A stretch of DNA of 5,681 nt from Vitrella brassicaformis CCMP3155 (GCA_001179505.1 CDMY01001033.1:1-5681), one strand, 5' to 3'; shown: positions 1 through 5,681, counted from the stretch's first letter. Numbers and translations are program-made. Notes: a model not told the origin generated them from the sequence alone.

Positions 1-1
1 T

Positions 2-1183
2 GAGATAGAGCGTGCCATTATAAATGCATACCAGCCGAAAGGCAACGTGTATGGCAATCCATGCCCACACTTTGCTGCGAGGGGTTTTCGTGTTGCCTTG
101 GTGGGTGGTGGTGTGCAGAGAGGCAGGCCTGGCTCCTGGCAGCGTCAGCGCATGAACAGTGGCTCTCTCTCTGCTCACCTGCATGCCAACATGTACAGAA
201 AAGGCCTAGAGTCATCGCTCGTTGACCGTGTTGTATGTCGGTTGCGGCGCGTGCCCCCCTCTATGCACGCACCCCCTGGCTTTGACCCCCTCCCTGTGCA
301 CGAGCCGTGGCAGCCTGCTGAGCTACTCTGCCTCTCCCTCCCCAGCCCTTTTGCCCTTAGCAAACACACATGGCGGTGGGGTAGCTACAGTCAGGCGTCG
401 CAGGCATGGCAAGAGCGGCATGCAGGTCGTGCAATCGACCTGTATTCTGACTCGAGCTGTGCTCCGCTGCTAGTCTGTTTTGCGGCCCAGAAGGGGACAC
501 ATGTTGAGTGGAAGCGGGTGCCTGACGACTCTCTCTTCCGTCTCTTGCGCTTGGGGTATCGGTTGCGTGTGTGGGGGAGGCGGATGCACTTCCTCCGCCG
601 CCTGAAAGGTGTCTTTAAGCACCGTAATCTAGTCTGGCCTGAGCGTACCAAGCTGCGTGTGCCTGCGAGTATCTTTGTTGCTGCCCGTTTACGTGCCCAT
701 TTGCGTGATTTGGTTCTTGCTCAAGGGGTGGGCAGCGAGAGGTGTCGTGCTGTTTTGTCGAGCACATCTTTGTGCAATTCACCTGCCCGGTCATATCGGC
801 GGGTGCTATGCAATCACATTGCATACGCCAAGAGTGTCAGCGAGGAAGAGATAGCGATGGCCGACACGTCGTTTCCCCTGCCTGATGGTGCGTGTGCGCG
901 CATAGAGGACAACATGGCTCTTCCTGCGATTCATGAGATGCACAAAGAGCACGACGCTTTGGAGAGAGAGCTGCGTGTATGGGCGGACACGAATGAGATC
1001 GATTTGCCTGCCTCTGTCATCTCTTCCATAGTGACGGACTGCTCGCTTCCGTCGAAGTACATCACCACGGAGGAGATGGAGGTTGCAGATCGTATCAGCC
1101 GTGCTGCCGGTCATATGAGTGAGCGGCACATATGCGTACCGTTGGATAAGAACAGCAAGCGTGCACTTGTCTGTACGAGAGAG
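2..1183 (+). CDS. PLE polyprotein, N-terminal part: end of GIY-YIG endonuclease, ~360-aa linker and first RT motif (5'-partial, runs into the gap)
   Basis: There is no stop in frame +2 from nt 2 to 1183. The ORF-track start at 47 is a GTG inside a frame that is already open. PLDKN at 1139-1153 corresponds to the P-x-D-K motif at the start of PLE RTs. Confidence 0.8.
8..46 (+). other. C-terminal motif of a GIY-YIG endonuclease domain (ERAIINAYQPKGN)
   Basis: It matches E-x3-I-x4-P-x2-N, the conserved catalytic Glu helix plus terminal Asn of GIY-YIG nucleases such as UvrC-N and PLE EN. The GIY and YIG motifs would lie upstream of the window and cannot be seen. Confidence 0.65.
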
Positions 1184-1483
1184 NNNNNNNNNNNNNNNNN
1201 NNNNNNNNNNNNNNNNNNNNNNNNNNNNNNNNNNNNNNNNNNNNNNNNNNNNNNNNNNNNNNNNNNNNNNNNNNNNNNNNNNNNNNNNNNNNNNNNNNNN
1301 NNNNNNNNNNNNNNNNNNNNNNNNNNNNNNNNNNNNNNNNNNNNNNNNNNNNNNNNNNNNNNNNNNNNNNNNNNNNNNNNNNNNNNNNNNNNNNNNNNNN
1401 NNNNNNNNNNNNNNNNNNNNNNNNNNNNNNNNNNNNNNNNNNNNNNNNNNNNNNNNNNNNNNNNNNNNNNNNNNNNNNNNNNN
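1184..1483. other. Assembly gap (300 N) inside the RT coding region
   Basis: Run of 300 N. The round length suggests an estimated gap, so the frame across it cannot be inferred. Confidence 0.99.
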
Positions 1484-1485
1484 AA

Positions 1486-1944
1486 TGTGGGAGCGAGAAG
1501 GATGCGTTTTCTTTCGTCAAGGGAGACATTCCATCCATGTTCACCAACATAGATGGAGACAGCGCACTTTCTGCAGCCAGGGAGGTGCTTACCTTTGCTA
1601 AGCTCCGCACACATGGTCGGTATATATGTGTGAAGAAAGGCACACGTGTGGAGGGTCGCATCACGAGGCAGCGCAGCAAGAGCAAACAAGACGTGTCATT
1701 TTCTTTTGGTGAGGTGGGGCGCCTGATGAGTTTTGCATTGCGTTGGCGGGTCTTTCGCATCGGTCAGATCGTCATGCGCCAGCGCACAGGTCTGCCGATG
1801 GGCGGGATGTCTTCCATGGTGATGACTGGCCTCGCTCTGTCTGCTCGAGAGAGGGATTTCTGTCGTGAGCAGATCTTTGCTCGCCGACGGCAAGGCCTTT
1901 TCTCGCAGCTGCCTTGGCGGGCGGTTCGTTACGTGGATGGCTGA
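1486..1944 (+). CDS. PLE reverse transcriptase palm segment (frame +1), ending prematurely at RYVDG-stop
   Basis: CGSEKDAFSFVKGDIPSMFTNID (first catalytic Asp motif), QRTGLPMGGMSS (PLE QxxGxPMG motif) and RYVD, followed by TGA at 1942-1944. Confidence 0.85.
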   Translation, partial: CGSEKDAFSFVKGDIPSMFTNIDGDSALSAAREVLTFAKLRTHGRYICVKKGTRVEGRITRQRSKSKQDVSFSFGEVGRLMSFALRWRVFRIGQIVMRQRTGLPMGGMSSMVMTGLALSARERDFCREQIFARRRQGLFSQLPWRAVRYVDG

Positions 1945-2377
1945 GTGCACGTACAGCGGCTGTCTTGCGCTAGACATAGAGGAGGTCGGTTCGTCTGTCA
2001 CTTTTCTGGACGCACACATTGTTGGAACACACGAGCAACCACACATAGAACACACTAGTCGCAACAGCGAGCATGTGGACACGCTGGCCGACATGCGTGT
2101 GACACGTTTCTTGCCGTTCCTTGGCCGTGTGCAAGGGGACGTCAGAAGCGTGAAGTGCATGTTTCATGGACATGTGTTGCGTGCGTTGGACTGCTCGCCA
2201 TCCATTCAGGCAGCTTCTGCGGCGTTGCGTAGGGTGGTAACTGAGTGGTGGATGATGGGCTATCCGGCTGACTTGCTATATAGATTTGCATGCGCCACGC
2301 CTGACGTGCATCCACTAGTGAAGGCCCTGCGTGCTGCATTGCGTTCTCTCTTTTATGCGCAATACAACCGGGCCTGA
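1940..2377 (+). pseudogene. PLE RT thumb/C-terminal segment (frame +2), out of frame with the palm segment
   Basis: AECTYSGCLALDIEEVGSSVTFLDAHI...FHGHVLRALD...WWMMGYPADLL matches the PLE pattern E-x5-7-FLD ... G-x3-R ... GYP. It is joined to the palm by a frameshift at ~1940. Confidence 0.8.
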
Positions 2378-2523
2378 CGTTTTGGCTGCGTGCTTTTGAT
2401 CTTGCGTCTCGTGGATCGCGCCTTGCCTTCTCAGTTTGCTTTTCGGCCCAGTGCTGCTGTACAACACTGCCAAGGGCCTGGCTATCGTCTCCCACACACC
2501 TGAATCGCCCATCTGCCTTCCTG

Positions 2524-2638
2524 GTATGCATGCGTGCGGACACGGAAAGGGAACGAGGGCACGGAAATGGACGCATATGTGTGTGTTCGTGTGTGGGTCT
2601 GTGCGTCGTCGATGTGCTGTTGTGGTGTGGTATGGCAG
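2524..2638 (+). other. Putative spliceosomal intron (115 nt)
   Basis: CTG|GTATGC donor, GT/TG-rich 3' half and TGGCAG| acceptor. Confidence 0.5.
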
Positions 2639-2853
2639 GTTGTTTTTCGCACTCTTCTGTCGCCTCGCTGTTGCGTTTGGGTGCGCTGTACAATACTCTC
2701 TGGTTCGCAAGCGCACACACTGACTGGATGGCTGGCTTGTGTGTGTCCATCGGGTTGGTGGTGTTGTGTGTGTTGGTGGCAGGTTGGTTTTCGCACCCTC
2801 TGTCGTGTCGCTTTTCGTTCGGGTGCACTTTTGCCATCACTCTCTGGTACGCA
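2634..2853 (+). repeat. Degenerate direct repeat with 144-nt period: 2634-2709 and 2778-2853, each containing a 64-nt AG|...|GT exon-like unit
   Basis: Both units begin GGCAG|GTTG(T/G)TTTTCGCAC, contain TCTGTCG, TCGCT and GGGTGC, and end ACTCTCTG|GT(T/A)CGCA. A manual alignment gives about 50 of 66 columns identical. Confidence 0.85.
2703..2782 (+). other. Putative spliceosomal intron (80 nt)
   Basis: CTG|GTTCGC donor (weak), CA-rich then TG-rich body, TGGCAG| acceptor. Confidence 0.4.
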
Positions 2854-2953
2854 TCAAGGCAGACAGACAGACAGACACACAGGCAGACAGACACGACCAC
2901 ACACACACCACACTGTCTGTGTGGCTGCCTGGCTGTGCATGCGATGTCCTCAG
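2847..2953 (+). other. Putative spliceosomal intron (107 nt) containing GACA/CA microsatellites
   Basis: CTG|GTACGC donor, (CAGA)n and (CA)n in the 5' half, TGTCTGTG-rich 3' half, TCCTCAG| acceptor. Confidence 0.6.
2860..2913. repeat. Compound (CAGA)n/(CA)n microsatellite
   Basis: cagacagacagacagacacacaggcagacagacacgaccacacacacaccacac. Confidence 0.95.
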
Positions 2954-3139
2954 ACGTGATCTTTGCTTTTGCCGGTCGTCTGCGAGTTTGGCAGCGGCAG
3001 TTCCCTGCCTTGTCAACGCTCACAGCGCCCATTGATTGAGCTCGCTGCATGACCGGCAATGCCTGAGGACTTTCACGACAGACGTTCATTCATTCAATCG
3101 CTCTCGAGTCCCCACGCTTGAGTCAACCTGTGTTGATCT

Positions 3140-3162
3140 AGACCATCCCCTTCGGATGGTCT
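3140..3162. other. Perfect 9-bp hairpin AGACCATCC-ccttc-GGATGGTCT
   Basis: 3140-3148 is the exact reverse complement of 3154-3162, with a 5-nt loop. Function unknown. Confidence 0.9.
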
Positions 3163-3286
3163 GAGCAGAGCACAAGAAAACCAACTACAGCCTCATCAGA
3201 TACACACACGCACACAAAGGACTGTTTTGTCCCGTCTTGTGGCAAGTCAGTCGGTCGGTCCGGTCCCTCTGTCATGCATTGGTCAG

Positions 3287-3561
3287 GAACGCCTGCAGCG
3301 CTGGGTCACGTTTCGTTCCCAAATGTGAGACAGTCCTGCGGGAGTTCCTCGCAGATGCATGACAGATGGACCGACAGACCAGAGCTAGCCTTTCGCCAAT
3401 GGGCGGAAGAAGATCATGTGCTGTCTATAGAACCGATCTCATCAACAATGCAGTCGCTGCAGAATTGGTGCGTTTTGATGTCGATACGCTCCGTCCCGTC
3501 TTGTGCCTGCCTGCCTGCCTGCCAGTCTCTCCGGTGGGGTGCAGTGCACATCCGGATGTGT
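3287..3561 (+). CDS. Putative micro-exon chain of an unknown protein (exons 3287-3324, 3431-3467, 3526-3561): ERLQRWVTFRSQITDLINNAVAAELSLRWGAVHIRMC
   Basis: Splice sites are canonical (GTCAG|, |GTGAG, CTATAG|, |GTGCGT, GCCAG|, |GTACGA), intron phases are mutually compatible (2, then 0), and the joined frame has no stop. No family is recognised. Confidence 0.4.
3505..3523. repeat. (GCCT)n microsatellite
   Basis: gcctgcctgcctgcctgcc, lying just before a putative acceptor AG at 3524-3525. Confidence 0.95.
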
Positions 3562-4218
3562 GTACGAACAGAGAGAGCGTTCGTGTGGGTCGTTTACGCA
3601 GAGAGGGTCATGTGCGCCTGCCGCTGTGGTGTGGTGGTATGCGTCGGTGCTGCTGGATGCTCGTGCTTCCGTGTCTCTGTCGGTGGTCTGTCTGCCGTGC
3701 ATCACCTATCCACTGCATCCTCATGGCGTCACGTTCCAACACGAGCTCTGGCGCCATCTGGGAGCTGGCCTGGTGCTGTATTGTCTACCATTGTCTGTCA
3801 GTCTCTCTGGTGTGCATGCTTCGCTTCATGTTCTTGATCGGCGGTGCGCCTGCCAGATGCATGACAGACAGGGTGACAGACGGACTACCAGCCAGTCATG
3901 TGCTGATATGCCAAGAAATCCCCGCTGTCTGCTCTCTTCACACAGAACTTTACAGAGTCAGCCCCCACTTGTCACAGACAGCAGCCCACTACAGTCTCTG
4001 TGTAATTGGCGAATTGCGGCAGTGCCAATGCGGTCAGGCACCTCACACACCCACACCACCACACTCACACCCAAACGACGACCGGCAGACGCCCCAGCAG
4101 CACAGAACACCGCAGCCAATCGGACAAATTCACTTACTGACGAATCACGGATGTCGACTGACTGTCTGTCGCACCACAGCGCCAACCAACCCTCACCGTG
4201 CAGGCAGGCCTGCCTCCC

Positions 4219-4563
4219 TCAGACGAAAAGCAGGCAGAGCAGGGCAGTGGCGCCCGCCATGCCACAGCAGACAGAGAGAGGACCTTCTTCGCAGAGCAAT
4301 ACGGATGGAAGCGAATTCCATCTGGCCTCCTCAAACCACACCCATGAAGCGGTGAGCGTCACCGGTACCGCCGCGCACAGCGCCACCCTCGGCCATAAAC
4401 CAAGACCCGTCTTGCCGCCCTTGTCCCCTGTCAGACGTCCCTCCAGTGCCTCAATCTTCGCCTCGACTGCACGCAGCCTCTCTCTCATCAGCTGCAGCTG
4501 TTGCTGCTCCTGCTGGTCGGCCGTCGGCTGATTGGAAGCGGCGTGAGGCTCAGACGGCACCAT
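4219..4563 (-). CDS. Putative small coiled-coil protein with two C-terminal hydrophobic segments (114 aa from ATG 4563; may be the 3' part of a longer gene)
   Basis: Q-rich then heptad-like QQLQLMRERLRAVEAKIEALEGRL, followed by hydrophobic VALCAAVPVTLTASWVW and SVCCGMAGATALLCLLFV-stop. Confidence 0.5.
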   Translation of the reverse strand: MVPSEPHAASNQPTADQQEQQQLQLMRERLRAVEAKIEALEGRLTGDKGGKTGLGLWPRVALCAAVPVTLTASWVWFEEARWNSLPSVLLCEEGPLSVCCGMAGATALLCLLFV

Positions 4564-4810
4564 ACTCTCTATCAGTGGTTGTGAGAGCTGCTGGGTGCGG
4601 CAGTCCAAAAAGATTGCTGCTGGACCTGCTGGTCTTCTTCTTGTAAGAGCGAGAGAGATGTGTGGAAGCGTTTCGGTGCCGTTTGCCGTCGATGATGAGG
4701 TGAATGAATGCAGCGGAGGAAGGGCACCACACCACTTGGCACCACAGGAACGCAGTGGGAAGCGAGGCACAGATCTGCACACAAAAAAATGCAGCCAATG
4801 ACACAGTCAT
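4550..4810 (-). CDS. 86-aa ORF resembling a bipartite (signal peptide plus transit peptide) leader
   Basis: MTVSLAAFFCVQICASLPTAFLWCQVVWCPSSAAF is hydrophobic and ends SSAAF. It is followed by basic, Ser-rich IHLIIDGKRHRNASTHLSRSYKKKTSRSSSNLF. It ends in a different frame from the 4219-4563 ORF. Confidence 0.3.
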   Translation of the reverse strand: MTVSLAAFFCVQICASLPTAFLWCQVVWCPSSAAFIHLIIDGKRHRNASTHLSRSYKKKTSRSSSNLFGLPHPAALTTTDREYGAV

Positions 4811-5390
4811 GAGCACATCTCAACAGGTCCCGTTGCGCATCTCAACAGGTCCTGAGTGGGGAACAGGACGAGGGGTCAAAGGGTTTGTTACCCTATAGCC
4901 CCACGCGGCCAAAGTGCGGCGTCTGTGCGCCTTGTCGGACAGCTGAGCGTTGCGAGGGTGAGGCACTCGGCCGACAGACAAGAGGGCGAGAAGAGTTACT
5001 CGAGTCAGTCAGTCGTCCTCTCGACTGGCGGGCTGTTGAGCTGACAGACATCGGAGGTGAGGGAGGCCCAACACTCACTGAATCACTGACTGAGTGATGC
5101 GCTCATCCACTCACCTCAATGAATGCGTTGGCCTTTCTTTCTGTCTGTCTGTCTGTCTGTCTGTGTGCCTCTCTCTCTGTGTGTCTGTCTGTCGGCCCAT
5201 CGGTGCAGTGTGGCTCAGGAGCGATGGCGAACCCTCTTCACCTGCCGCTGCTGCCGCTAGTGACGGCGGGGGACATAGAGTGAAAGGACATATTGTAAAA
5301 ATCGATCGAATGAAGCCGATTTTTTCAAATTTTCAGCCATCATGTGGGTGTCAGGTTTGCCAGCTTGGCAAGACGAACCACTGCGAGCTT
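4809..5390 (+). CDS. Putative spliced gene or pseudogene encoding a protein with two Cys4 motifs (exons ~4809-4826, 4849-4957 or -5056, 5209-5390; probably continues)
   Basis: The joined frame reads MSTSQQ|VLSGEQDEGSKGLLPYSPTRPKCGVCAPCRTAERCE|VWLRSDGEPSSPAAAAASDGGG...PSCGCQVCQLGKTNHCEL|. There are GTGAG donors at 4958, 5057 and 5391 and a GGTGCAG acceptor at 5208. Both 4957 and 5056 are phase 1 and compatible with 5209. Confidence 0.5.
4816..4852 (+). repeat. 15-bp perfect direct repeat CATCTCAACAGGTCC with 22-nt period (4816-4830 and 4838-4852)
   Basis: Directly visible: catctcaacaggtcc-cgttgcg-catctcaacaggtcc. Confidence 0.95.
5057..5208 (+). other. Putative spliceosomal intron (152 nt; it may instead start at 4958)
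   Basis: GAG|GTGAGG donor, (CTGT)6 and TC/TG-rich 3' tract, GGTGCAG| acceptor. Confidence 0.65.
5141..5164. repeat. (CTGT)6 microsatellite
   Basis: Six perfect CTGT units. Confidence 0.97.
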
Positions 5391-5681
5391 GTGAGCTAGG
5401 GTATATTGCTGTGTAACGGGTGGAGAGAGGAGAGGACAAGGAAAGACAAGGAAAGCATTCTGAGGAGACACGATCTTATCAGCCATCACCGAAGTGAGAT
5501 CTGTGTTGACCATCCTTCATGATGCCATACATGGACAGAAACAACTTTGACTGACTGGCCAGTCCATCGGTCTTATTAAAGTAAAAGCACTCTTACTCGG
5601 GACTTACCGCCCAGCAGATCCTCTATTCAGCTAACTACAGGAAAGGTCCTCACCGGCCTTTTTCGCTCATGGGCGCAGCAA

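Larger units (their letters stand above)
1..2377 (+). mobile_element. Penelope-like retroelement (PLE) with N-terminal GIY-YIG endonuclease and C-terminal reverse transcriptase (EN-RT order, Chlamys-like); 5' part lies outside the window and the 3' boundary is not determined
   Basis: Frame +2 is open from nt 2 to the gap and starts EIERAIINAYQPKGN (GIY-YIG C-terminal motif). PLE-type RT motifs occur in order: ICVPLDKNSKRALVC (1130-1174), KGDIPSMFTNI (1519-1551), FRIGQIVMRQRTGLPMGG (to 1806), RYVD (1927-1938), LDIEEVGSSVTFLD (to 2011), LRALD...GYP (to 2266). The ORF stops at 2377 with no C-terminal nuclease. Confidence 0.85.

Noticed and set aside
47-49. Start codon of the 501-aa ORF
   Set aside because: It is a GTG in a frame already open from nt 2; the true start is upstream of the window.
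1184-1483. Frameshift between the N-terminal ORF (frame +2) and the RT palm (frame +1)
   Set aside because: The change occurs across an estimated N gap, so the frame is undefined.
1942-2503. Selenocysteine read-through of the TGA stops at 1942, 2375 and 2501 (some PLEs encode selenoproteins)
   Set aside because: Reading through 1942 in frame +1 gives no RT-like sequence, because homology moves to frame +2. I found no convincing SECIS: the ATGA...AA...GA at 3049-3066 has too short a helix.
2142-3089. Long minus-strand ORFs (2142-3089, 2315-2716) and long plus-strand ORFs 3366-4355 and 3503-4531 as continuous genes
   Set aside because: They run through microsatellites and intron-like tracts, have low-complexity T/H/C/V bias and show no motifs. 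Such ORFs are expected in GC-rich DNA.
3705-3849. Minus-strand exon after the strong acceptor at 3850
   Set aside because: All three frames hit stops within about 70 nt; not supported as coding.
4816-4852. CRISPR-like array, or TSD of an intact mobile element
   Set aside because: There are only two repeat copies with a 7-nt spacer in eukaryotic DNA, and no element lies between them.
5259-5275. hAT-like terminal inverted repeat (TAGTGACGG)
   Set aside because: It matches only a very short consensus, has no partner TIR in the window, and reads naturally as coding (AASDGGG).
5435-5454. (GACAAGGAAA)2 tandem repeat
   Set aside because: A simple two-copy duplication in probable intronic sequence, with no functional signal.
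2378-5681. Hammerhead ribozyme, expected in many PLE pseudo-LTRs
   Set aside because: CTGANGA cores exist (+ strand 3063, 5460; - strand 2947-2953, 3193-3199 and one near 4485), but none is followed by a pairing stem II and GAAA at a workable distance. The repeat-unit stems are followed by GAAA on the minus strand but lack CTGANGA. A pLTR/HHR may lie outside the window.

Overview
This is eukaryotic, GC-rich genomic DNA with short GT-AG introns carrying GACA/CTGT/CA microsatellites. The style resembles the chromerid alveolate Vitrella, which is an inference only. Positions <1-2377 (+) hold a Penelope-like retroelement (PLE) with permuted domain order. The C-terminal motif of a GIY-YIG endonuclease (E-x3-I-x4-P-x2-N, nt 8-46) comes first, then a ~360-aa linker, then a PLE-type reverse transcriptase (PLDKN, [300-N gap], KGDIPSMFTNI, QRTGLPMGG, RYVD, FLD, GYP). 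No endonuclease follows the RT, so the order is EN-RT, as in the Chlamys-type PLEs. This copy looks dead: an apparent deletion and frameshift at ~1940 removes the second catalytic Asp (YVDD to YVDG-stop). Directly downstream (2378-3039) is an apparently spliced + strand region with two duplicated 64-nt exon-like units. Next come a hairpin pair and a chain of phase-compatible micro-exons (3287-3561). A minus-strand coiled-coil/transmembrane ORF follows (4219-4563). Last is a divergent plus-strand spliced gene (4809->5390) with two Cys4 motifs, whose frame is interrupted by a 22-nt tandem duplication that itself forms a GT...AG micro-intron candidate. All exon models were read by eye and are hypotheses.
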